NCBI RefSeq assembly: GCF_963921235.1
Contig: NC_086097.1
Coordinates: forward strand, 71,860,001 to 71,924,000
Length of the DNA: 64,000 nt
Origin: Mobula hypostoma
Taxonomy: Eukaryota
Reading direction: 5' to 3'
Shown here: positions 25,197 through 36,575 of the stretch, piece after piece
How the letters are laid out: each line of letters starts with the position of its first letter
Numbering within the stretch: position 1 is the first letter of the stretch
The notes under the pieces: generated by a model
Seen by the model: only the letters and a program-made list of their open reading frames with translations
The model's database searches: none
Told to the model about the DNA's origin: nothing
Program-made: the position numbers and the translations under genes

Positions 25197-26181
25197 CAGA
25201 CTCCCTACCATAGGGATTGTTTAGACTTCATTTTGATTCCATTGCAGGGAAATTATCTTCCTGGTCTCGGACCAAGACCTCCATTCAATGCCTCATGAAG
25301 AGTTGGATATTGCAGAGATACTGGGGATACTGCACAAACAGCTCTCTTTGGGTGATGGCTGCTTTGGGTCAAATACTTAGGTAAATTTGTAGCATTATAA
25401 TCTCAGATATTCTGGTGAAGAAAATGTTCACAAGCAGATTCAAAGTGTTAATGTTATTTTTCTGCTGCTACTTTCTCTATTCCAAATCTTTCTCGCATCC
25501 CTGGATATTTGTCAAGGCCATTAATCCTTGTTAAAGGGTATTGAAGAGAAACCCTTGACAACAATCTCAGACTATAAATGGGGAGATTAATTTCACTTCT
25601 CATTGTTCATCCAGAGAGTTTAAAGAAGGGAAGGCAGATTCAGAAGGTGCTACAGAGCTGAGATAAATACCAAAGGGGTTCTCATCGCTGTGGCATGAGC
25701 ACATAATTATCATAAAGTAATACAAGAGGTTCATGGGGCACCTTGGAAAGTGCACAGGACATACTGTAGAACCCAGCAAATATATTCCAGGGGAGAGAAT
25801 GTGCAAGAACAGGCAATGCTATCTGTGGTTGTTTGCTGCTCTGTTGGGGTACTGACTGTCGTAACCAACAGAGACAGTAATGCAGTTCAAGATCTCCGGG
25901 CTATGTCACATGCTGCTTTGGGAACTGTGTAGGAGTCAGCTCCTATTCTGCTGCCTTTTGCATTAAGCTTTGACACACACTCCCCCCACTGACATGTACT
26001 CTAATGGAGACTATACCAGGAGCAGCACAGTTTTAGAAGGTTACTTCCTTCCCCATGGACTTCACTGTCGTCGTCCATTTACCATACGGCAAAGTTGTGA
26101 TAATTCTGAACTGAAGTAGAATGTAATTGACACATAAAACTGCATAGCCTGCCAGAAAAGATGCATCTTCCTTCTTATATT

Positions 26182-26610
26182 AGACTTTCATTTACTGCCC
26201 GTAATGCTGTTAGAATTAAGGGCAGCAGTGAGGGTCCTCCATTTCTGGCAGAGTTCAGGACTTCCTTCATCATGTCAGTAGCTTCCTCCTGGTTTTCACT
26301 ACAGTCAGTCATACAAGTCCTGGATGGAGACTCAGGAATACCATCACACTCAGATGTAGAAGGATTCTTCATTACCGTTTTTATAACAGTTTTGTTTTAC
26401 CAGTCAGGGTTGTTAGCCCTGAGCTGAATCCCAAAACCCTGGAAGACTGATAGACCATTCTTAGTCCGGCCTCTACCCTTTGACCTGTTTGGCATGGGTG
26501 ACCCGACCAAGAGCCAAAGCATAAAGCCCTGACTCCAGCCAACATAGCTCTCTGCGTCACTGAGGCACACAAGCCTCCAAACCCCGACAAGGTTTTGGTC
26601 CTCTTGGAGG
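26182..26610 (-). mobile_element. Non-autonomous RTE-derived retroelement (RTE 5'UTR fused to RTE 3' tail)
   Basis: 10-bp TSD ttcttatatt at 26172-26181 and 26611-26620. The minus strand has RTE/Expander-type 5' motifs (ccttgtcg, gagctatg, gggtcacccatgccaaacaggtc) and a 3' tggaggaccctcactgctgccct. Confidence 0.75.
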
Positions 26611-26696
26611 TTCTTATATTCATAGACAGCAATCAAATAACATAAAGCTCTTTGAAGGGTAAGTGGATGGGCTACAACAGCACAAGACTACGAACA

Positions 26697-26756
26697 TACA
26701 CTCAGTGGCCATTTTATTAAGTATAGGAGGTACCTAATAAAGTGGCCACAGACTAT
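26697..26756. mobile_element. Miniature Tc1/mariner-type MITE (TIRs only)
   Basis: TA-cactcagtggccattttattaagta ... tacctaataaagtggccacaga forms a ~58-bp palindrome. Confidence 0.7.
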
Positions 26757-29074
26757 ACAAGCTATTCATTGGAATATCTCCCAGTTCTGTTGAAAGGACA
26801 TTAACCTGACACAGGAAATCTGTTTCTACACCACATGCTGCCCGGTCTGCCAATTCCAGATTTTGTTTCTTTGTATAGCAAAGAGCAGGGCTAACATTTG
26901 CCGTTTAGTTCATATAGCTCTCATCCGCTGTGATAAAATCTGCTTAATCACAAATGAAGTTGCTTGGCCTGTGGTTTAATAGAACCTTTTGAATTATAGT
27001 AGGGTTCAACTGGATGAAAAACTGCTTCTGCTTGTTGGGAAGGGGTTCGGGATGGATCCAAACTAAGCATAATAATTAAGAGGAGGTATTAAGAAATCCA
27101 ATAAGAAACTCAAGAGAAACTTTTTTTTACATTTACAGTTTGGAAGAAACTACTGCAGTTGAAACAAAGAACAGAGACACCTTTATGGGAAAGCAAGATA
27201 AAGAAATGAGGTTGAAAGAAGCAGAGGTTATGCTGATTGCTCGAGGAACTGTGCTCTGAGAAACCACATAGGTAGTATTAACACCACATAGATCACCTAA
27301 GATATAGCTTATTTTTATACTGCACGTTCTATGTCACTCTTTTTCACATTGAAAAATGCCACAGTTGCTTCATCTTCATCGAAAAATATTTGTCTATTTG
27401 GATGTCTCAATTCTGTGTATCTTGGTGTTACTGCAGCTTTTGAAATTGTTGTTTTGAAACCATCAAACAAGATTCACTGAACAATAGGGTGATTTGAAGT
27501 GGTGGGAGGCAAGCTACAGGACATCAGCACACTGCACAGACTGTTGCTAGGAGCTGAAGTGAGGCAACGACATGCAGCGTACAGAAAGAGAAAGGGAACT
27601 AACAAGTCACTTGACACGGAGGAGGCCGGTGCAACTGGGTCTACTGCAGACAGGAGAGACAGAAAAGGAATCAAAACCAGGCTGCATATTCCTCAAAGCA
27701 AGAGGGAAAAAAATGAAGCACATTTCTTTCTTTGTTTTTATTTTCAGAATATGTTTGGTGCTCACAGGACTATTTACAGTGCTGTTTTTTCTGTCACTAA
27801 TACTGTTTACCTCAGGCCAGGAAAATATCAGTAACTAAGAAGTTACAGTAAACACCAGACAATTATTTTTTCTAACTATTCAGAAGTATTGCTGATTTAC
27901 AAATTATGCATTGGGGATATATTGGGAAAGGAAATGTTATTCCCTCTATTTTAGCAACAACAGCAGAACTGCTCTCACAGCTAGTGTCCTTTGAAAGTTC
28001 CTGACTGCTGTGCTGAATGACTTTAATCATTTTACCTTTACAGAATACAATGCTTAGGACAAATTTTGGTCTGAGTAGTGTATGATTTTCTACCGTAATG
28101 AAATCAGCACCACCACAATAGATTTAATAATTCATTTTTCATACACTTTGGGAGTCAGCAGCTGTGTAAGTCAAGACATTTCTTTTATCATTAAGGTCTG
28201 TCTGAGCTATTTGATATAAAGAATACAACTGGTCCAACAATATTGGCATTTTACGCTGCCACAAAATTAAATGCATTGATTAGTATTTGATTCTTCATAT
28301 TCTTATAAATTCTCTGCCAGCGATTTCCAAGGAGATTCAAATAAGAAGGAAAGGCCACCTTTCACAGAACAGTGTGCCAAGTATTAAAATATGCAAATCC
28401 CCCTTTCCGATCAAATGTGAAGGAAGTTCTGCTTGGCTGGCAAGGGAGCCCCAATGGGTTCCAGTAGCTGTAAAAATAATTTTAATAGGGTGACAGAGCT
28501 TGATGCTGAAGATGGCTCAAAGAATGATATATCCGAAGGTTGTCAATACTGAAATCAGATTGTCAGCGAAACAACATCAGCATGAGGGGGGTCTCCTTGA
28601 TAAGACTGCCGGTAAAGCACAAAGCTTCGGGCATCAAAATGGAGTTTCAGCAATATTCTATTTGCTACAAAAGCAGTTATGAATTATTCAGGAATAGCAA
28701 TGGGGAAAATTGGTGATGGGATGCAAACTGGAAATTAGCATAAGTCAAGGAGTCCAAACCTATGTTTGGATAAGCACAACAATTCAGGGATAGAAAAATC
28801 ATAAAAGGACATTAGAGATATTAACATAAAAATACAAGAGAACAAATATGAGAAACAAAACTAAAATAATGGTCTGGATCCAGCAAGAAACGCGCAAGGC
28901 CGTTATTGGCAGGGGCGAGGCAAAGGAAATAGAGGGAGCATGGGAAACTGGTCATTTGGAATTGACTTAGCAGGGAGCCACCTTGCAAATGGGGGTGAGT
29001 TGGCAAACTGGAGGAACATCTGTTGGTAACAGGTTGGGTGCGAGAGGGAACAGAGCCCACAAGCTTTTAAGTTT

Positions 29075-29660
29075 ATTCAATGTTTTATTAATTTATTTTT
29101 TTGTCACATATATCAATGTGTGCTTGTCATCCATACAGATCATTATATCACAATAGTATACCGAGGCAGAACAAAGGAAAGACAACAATAGAATGCAGAA
29201 TAAAGTGTCCCAGTCGCAGGGGAAGTGTAGTGTAGCAGGCAGTAATATGCAATGCCGTAACAAGGTAGATTGTCAAGTCAAGAGTCCACCTTATCATGCT
29301 AGGTGGACCAATCTATAGTCTCATATTAGCGTGACAGTCTATCCTTGTGCCTGGTGGTACACTTTCTCAGGATCTTACACCTTCTGCCTGGTGGGAGGGT
29401 GGAGAAAAGAGAACATCTTTTCTCTTGGTGGGTTCTTTGATAATGTTAGCTGCTTTACTGAAGCAATGAGAAGTCTAGATAGAGTCCGTGGAGGGAAGTC
29501 TAGTTACCGTGAAGTGCGGAGTTGTGTCCAAACTCTCTGCAAGTGTCTTATGATCTCTGCAGAGTAGTTGCCGTACCAAGCCATGAGTCATCTGGATAGG
29601 ATGCTTTCTGTGAAGCATCTATAAAAATTGGTGAGTGTTAAAGCAGGCTCGTCAAATGTC
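29075..29660 (-). mobile_element. Decayed Rex1/L2-clade LINE 3' end
   Basis: Antisense motifs agttgccgtaccaagcc and ggataggatgctttctg; similar to 55785-56450. Confidence 0.7.
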
Positions 29661-30664
29661 AGTATTATAGTGGTCAGTCACTGTTGTTGCTGTTGTGGAT
29701 CCAGTAATTAAAATGGGGCTTTTTTTTACATAATCAATTCCATGATTGTGTTCAATGTAAGAGTGTGTACGTATAACAGCTTGTGCAGTAAATGGAGCAG
29801 TCAAGTTGTAATTAGTTATAGAACTAGATTGAATTTATTTAGTCTGTTAATCACTCCTCACAATTGTACTGAGATTATTATACGTCCAAAATTGAACTTG
29901 ACTTTTGATCCCTTTGACATGTTGATCACAAGTGAATGAACTCAGGTGCTGGTTTGGCTCTGGAGACTGGAATATCATAACCATATGAAAAATATAGCTG
30001 AATGAAGGGCAAGACTGACAACTTAGTTTAACAGGAGACAGATGCTATCGGCATGACAGAGGTGCAGGTAAGAAAGGAAGGGAAGTGTTTTCTTGATGAA
30101 AGATGTCGTAGTATTCCTTAGAGAGCATATTCTTGGACAATTTATGGGCACATGGGTAGAACTTAGAAATGGAAAAGTGATGATGACTCTGATTGAATTG
30201 TATTATAGGACCCCAGCATTCTGCGGGAATTAGAGGAGCATATATGTAGAGAGGTTTCAGCTGGCTGCAAACATAATAAGGTAGGACTGGTGGAAGATTT
30301 TTAACCTCTCAACTATTATCTTGGTCAGCCAAAATGTTTGAAGTTTAATCAGAATGGAATTTGTGAAATGTGTCTTGATCAATAGATCGAGAGACCTATG
30401 AGAGAAGATACAACACTGGACTTCCTCCTGGGGAATGAGGAAGAGCAAACTGTGGATGGGCTTGTCAGCAAACAGTGACTATAATTCTATTAATTTTAAA
30501 ATAGCTGTTGGAGAAGGATATGACAGGTTCACAGGTTAAGGTCCTGAAAAAATCTTGGAGCCATTAGGCAGGATCTTGCAATAATTGTCTGGGCAAGATT
30601 GTTTGCAGGGAAAAGAGTGTCTGCCAAGTGGAAGGCCTTCAAAAGTGTGTTGTCAAGTTCTCAC

Positions 30665-31870
30665 AGAGTCATTGAGACATCAAGTTCTATAGCACAGAAT
30701 CAGGCATTTTGGCTCATCTAGTCCACACCGACCTGTTTTTTCTATTCCTCCCATCTACTGCATTCAGACCATAGCCTTTCATACCACTTTTATCCATGTA
30801 CCTATCGAAGTTTCTCCTAAATGTTTCAATTGAACCTACATCCATCACTTCCACTGGTAGCACATTCTGCACTCACACCACCCCCTGAGTGGAGAAGATC
30901 CCCTCAGGTTCCCCTTAAATATTTCACTTCTCAGCCAAAAACTACGGCCTGTAGTTCTAGTCTCACCTAGTCTCAGTGGGGAAAGCCTGTATGTACTTAC
31001 CCTATCTATATCCCTCATAATTTTGTATATCTCCATGAGACCTCCCACATTCTCCAATGGTCCAGGGAATAAAATCCTAACTTATTTAAACGTTTCCCAA
31101 AACTCAGGCCCTCAAGTCCTGGCAACATCCAGCATACCTTTCCTGTAGGTAGGTGACCAGGAATGCACACAATATTCCAAATTCAGCCACACCAAATCTT
31201 GTCCAACTTCAACATAACATCCCATCTCCAGTACTCAGTGTTCTGATTTATGAAGGCCAATATGTTACAAGCTGTCTTTATGACCCTATACACCTGTGAC
31301 ACTACTTTTAAGGAATTATGGATCTGTATTCCCAGATCCCTTTGTGCTGCCCCACATTCAGTGCTCTATTGTTCACTGTAAGTAAATCCTATCCTGATTT
31401 GTCTTGCCAAAGTAACACCTCATATTTTTCTGCATCAAATTCCATTTGCAATTTTTCAGCTCGTTTTCACAGCTGGTCCAGGTCCCGCTGCAAGCTTTGA
31501 CAGCTTATCTTGCTGTCTACTATGCCCTCATCTGGGTGTTATCCACAAGTCTGCTGATCCAGTATACCACATAATCATCTATATCATTCACATCCTGTAG
31601 GTGCTAAACAACAATGGACCCAGCACCCATCGTTGTGGCACACCATGAAGTCACAGGTCTCCAATCAGGGAGACAATCATCTCCTACCACTCTCCATCTT
31701 CTCCCACTAAGCCGATGTTGACTCCAATTCATGACTTCATCCTGCTTGCCAAGTGTCTCAACCTTCTGGACCAGTTTCATACGTGGGACTTTGTCAAAGG
31801 CCTTGCTAAAATCCATGTAGACAACATCCACTGCCTTTTCTTCACCAACCTTCCTTGTAACCTCCTCCTG
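30665..31870 (-). mobile_element. CR1 RT and 3' end nested antisense inside the older CR1
   Basis: ORF 31604..31873 has AVDVVYMDFSKAFDKVP. ORF 30845..31057 has EIYKIMRDIDRV. Confidence 0.85.
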
Positions 31871-32726
31871 CACGTTCTTGTTATGGTGAAAGGCAAGACT
31901 GGCATGTTAAGGCGATCCTGACTGATATCCTGATCAGCATGGATACCTGTGCATGGAACCAAAGGAAATGGGTAAGATTTTTAACGAGTATTTCTCCTCA
32001 GAATTTACTGTGCTGTAAACAATGGAGGTTAATAAGATTGAGGAAATGGGTGGCGTTGTCTTGGATTACGTACAAATTGACAGGGAGTTGGTATTGGAGG
32101 CCTTGAAGTACATTAAGGTGCTCAAATGCCCCAAGTCTGACCATGGATTCCTAGACCTTGTGGGAAGCTAGAGAAGAAATTACAAAGGCTTTTGTTTAGA
32201 GATTTTTGCTTTATCTTTGGATAAGCAAAGATTGGAGAGTGACTAAGGTGTACTATTGTTTAAAAAGGGTAGCAAAAACAGACAAGAAAACTACAAGACA
32301 ATGAATTGACGGAGTGATGGGCAAATTGCTTTAGGGGATTCTGAGGGTCAGAATCCATCGCATTTAAAGAGATAAGGTCTGATCTGGGACATGTAGCAGA
32401 GCTTGTGTGTGGAAATTGTGTCTGTTAGATCTCCTTGTGTTCATTGAGGAGATAATCAAGAGGGTAAATGATGGTAGGGCAATGGCTACTGTCTATATGG
32501 ACTTTAGCAAAGCCTTTGATAAATTACTTCATGGTTATCTGGTCTGGAATGTTAGGTCACATGTGATGAAAGGGGAGGTAGAGGATTAGGTTTATCATTG
32601 GCTCAGAAGTAGGAAGCAGAGAGTATTAGTCCAGGGTTGTTTCTCAGACTGGAAGTTTGTGTCTGGTGGTGTGCCACTGAGGCCTTTGTTGTTTGTAATT
32701 TGTAGATTTCGATATAGATGTCCAAG

Positions 32727-32867
32727 CAGGAGAAAATCTGCAGATACTAGAAGTCTGACTGGTCCTGATAAAGAGCCTCGGCCCGAAAAGTTAACTGTTA
32801 ACTCTTTTCCATAGATGCTTCCAGGCCTGATGAGTTCGTCCAGAATTTTGTGTGTGTTGCTTGGAGG
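32727..32867 (+). mobile_element. Short Penelope-derived insertion with decayed hammerhead motif
   Basis: ggtcctgataaagagcctcggcccgaaaagttaactg. Flanking direct repeat tagatgt(c/a)caag at 32715-32726 and 32868-32879. Confidence 0.75.
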
Positions 32868-35568
32868 TAGATGTACAAGGTATGGTAAGTAAGTCTGTGG
32901 ATGACATTAAAACAGATGGTGTTGTTCATAGTGTAGAGGAATATGAAAAATTAATCAACAAGATACATGGGCTGATAACTAGCATTTGGCTTTCAATCCA
33001 GAGAAATGTGAGGTATTGTGTCTTGGGAGGTCAAACCAGGGATTTATACATTGAATGGCAAGCCCTTGGAAAATCCTATAGAACAGATACCTAGTTGTGC
33101 ATAGTTTGCTGAAAGTGGTGTCACATGTAGAAAGGATGGTGAAGAAAATGTATGGCCTTCATCAATCAGAGTATTATGCATAGGAACTAGGAAGTTATAA
33201 TGCAGTTATATAAAATGCTGGAGAGACCATGTGTACTGTTTTGGTCACCCTGTTATAGGAAAGATTTTATTAAACTTGAAAGTCTGCCCCCTACTAAATC
33301 ATTAACAGCTATCTAGATAGGTACATAGATAGGAAGGGTTTAGAAGGCTATGAGCTAAATATGAACAGATGGGACTAGGTCACTGGGCAACCAAGTAGTC
33401 ATGGTTAGGCTGAGGAGCCTGTTTACGTGTTGTATGGCTTTATGAGACTTCAACTCTATGACTCCACACTTGTTTAAGAGAAAAGCTGGAATATACAAAG
33501 CAAACCAGATGTAATACTGATAGGTTGTGGCCTCTCATCTCCATAAGTTTTCTGAGTATTTTCACTGAAGACATGGGAAATCCATCTTAACTAGAGCAAT
33601 TAACAGCAAAGCGATGCACAGTTTCGCTTTTGTCAAACGAATCATGCTGTAATTTGGACTTCTTGCATGTCCGTTGCTATCAGGTGTAAGTTGCTGAGTA
33701 TCCCTGAGATCCAACCATGGCGATGTCATCAAATTGGCAATTGAAGATTCACGCGAAGAACAAACAGGGAGGAGGAAAGGTGTCATCTTTAACCAATACT
33801 TTATACAGTTTTTGCAAGAAAAATAAACAGTAAAAAATATAAAATAACGAAAGGTCAAATACTATTAGCAAGTTGATTGAAACTATGAAAGCTTATCTGT
33901 AGAATCTCTTGTAGCTAAGGGTTATAATCACTGACATACAACAAAGCACATTATTTTAAAGTGTTTCTTGGAGGTTAATTTGGAACTGTCTTAAATTCTT
34001 ATGAAATCACTGATCTCCCATGATTGTCTGGAATAGTCTGGTATATTGTGCAGCATAGAAGATGGAAATAAACACAGCAGCCCCTGAATTTCTACATTTA
34101 TTTGGCTGTACAGGAATCCCAGAAGTGCAACCAGTTTCACAGTGTATTAGTGACAAATGTTAACAGCCTTGCCTTCATTGCTTCTAAAAATAACAAACCT
34201 TGTTAATTTTATCCACAGTAATGTGCAATACCTGTGATGGATTGATAGCAGGAACATTTCCACTGATTAATAATTCTGGAATAGATCGCGACAAACTTTG
34301 GATCTTACTGCATAAATTAGAATCTCTTGGGGGTAAAGTGGTGGTAACATGGTACCTCATTTCTGGGTTCTGCTGCATTAATACATGGTTAGCGAACTGC
34401 AGGCATTAATGGTGCCTGTGCTTGAGTGGGAGGTTGCCCATTTAGGTGGCACATCGGTGGAGATCCGATACAGCCAGTTTGCTGCTCTGCCACCAATCCA
34501 ATGCCACCCACAACTCATCCATTTGGACCATGCATTCAGCCTCTTTACCAAGTGTCCTTTCAACTCTTCTGTGGATTTTGTTGCTCCCTTTGTGAAGCTC
34601 TTGAGAAATGAAGCTGCACTGAAGATGTTTGATGCATACTTCATTGTTGCAACATTGCTGGAGCATTTCGGAAAGGCGGGAAGAGGAATCAAGTACAGGT
34701 CAAGTGTGCAGGTGGACTAAATCCTTTCGCTGAGAGGCAGTTTGTGTGTTTAATGGACTGAAAATAAATTTTTAGAAGCAGCAGAGGAGATGTGAAAAGC
34801 TGTGCACTGCATAAAGGTCATCTCAGTCAGGCAGATGATAAAAAAAATCTTTAAAATGATTTAAAATGTTCCAAAAATAGATGGACAAGCTGTGGAATAT
34901 GACTTGAAGAATCCAAGTGGAAAGCTAGTAAACTTCCAAAATTCAGTGTGGAGTTCAGCCCAGGGAGAGTAAGAAGCCAGTGATAGAAATGCCTGATGGT
35001 GAATGGGGAACAAGTTAGAGCCACTAGCCACTCAGAAGTTGGCATCAAAGAGGTGTTCTGAGATACAGTATTGTGACAATAAACAAAATGCACTGGATAA
35101 TGACATGGAGACTTAGATGATTAGACCCTTAAAACAAGCAATATGATGTTGTTGTCTGAATTACAAGAAGCTCACCAATTTGGTGCTGTTATTTTCCAGT
35201 AGCTGCCACATACAGTCTGCATCAACTCTGCAGATGACTAACCATGCATCAGCAGGTACATCATGGCTACAACATCTGCTGCCGGCATACCATAACTGAA
35301 CTGAAAAATGGCATTAGTTGGGAGAGAGTGTACTTTGAGGTTCCCTGCATCAAAGGCCTGGGTGGAGGAGGTGGAAAGCAAGAAATATCAGAAGATTAAA
35401 GGAACTTGCAGATGCTTGTTCATGAGTAGTGGACCAGATAGTCGTGAATTTCACGATTCAGGTCCAAAGTCCTTGGATGAAGAAAACCAATTATCTCACA
35501 CAATTAAGTGCCAATGTTGCCAACTACCAACATTGGACTCAAAACTGCCCAATTCAAAACAGCACCAT

Positions 35569-36099
35569 TCTACTGCCCTCATTGTGTGTCTGTGCACAGC
35601 TATGCAGTGAGCTAAACAGCTTCTCAAAAATCACCCAAGATGGAAGCTTTCTTCAGGGTGTTTAATCAGATCTCCTTACTTGTGAGACTGCAGAAAAGTA
35701 AGTAAGATAAATCTTAAATTCAATAGAGAAACACTGTGCACCTGAATATCTTAATACTGTTGATTATTCTCACAAACAGTGTTAACCAAAAGTATACACA
35801 CAGAACCCTCCATAACTATGCAGTGTAAACAAGAGCAAACTTGTGGTCCAACTGTAAACTTAAATTTAATACTTTCTTCAAAATGTATCTCCTACATGTT
35901 TACCAATATCACCAAAAACATCAGAGTCACAGATATTGCTGTTTCAAGGACAGAAAGAGAGTGGAATGAGATGTGTGTCTTTCCACCGTGCACTTTGAAT
36001 CCAAGTAAAACCAACCTGTACAAGAAATGGTATAAAAAAGCCTTACATGCAGGAAGTGATATTCATACAAAATGAATTGTCCCTGAAGAGGCCAGAACA
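35569..36099 (-). repeat. BEL/Pao 3' LTR
   Basis: Homologous to 46026-46193 plus 48114-48445. Starts TGTTCTGG on the minus strand right after a purine tract CAGGTGGGGA (36101-36110). Confidence 0.85.
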
Positions 36100-36575
36100 A
36101 TCCCCACCTGGCATCTGCAGGATGTCAAACTTAACTACTGAAACTAAAAGTCAAATGATCACTTCACTAATTCCTCAGTAAAAGAAGGGTAGTTTCAGAG
36201 ACTAGTCATGAAATCAGTCTTACCTCACAGCCTTCAACTATTCTCACTTTGGAAAATCTGGTCTTGATGATATCTATGCTCGTGGTAATGTCTAATGAGC
36301 ACAGATGTGACACGATGCTCACCCAGAATGACGATTGGTTGAGGAAGTCCTGAAGTGAGTTCTGCTTTCTTAATATGTCCTGCTACTTGCAGTGGCCCCT
36401 CAGAATCAAGAAAGGGACAGAGTTTACTAAGGGGACTTCATTTTGGAAGAGGTTTCTGCTTTGTACTGCTCCACACTTTCTCTGCATAAACATGCCTTTG
36501 AACAACAAGAAGGGTTCCAACTTTTACCCAATTCAGTCGCACTGTACTGAGAGGTTGCTTACAGATGTGCCAGCC

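Larger units (their letters stand above)
30000..33450 (+). mobile_element. Old decayed CR1 (EN at 30000-30660, RT to 3' end at ~31870-33450) split by later insertions
   Basis: tgggtagaacttagaaat (WVELRN). ORF 32407 has VYMDFSKAFDK and ORF 32852 has SKSVDD. Confidence 0.75.

Noticed and set aside
34378..34720. Overlapping 104-aa and 111-aa ORFs
   Set aside because: No motif or splice structure that I can recognise; it may be an old repeat.
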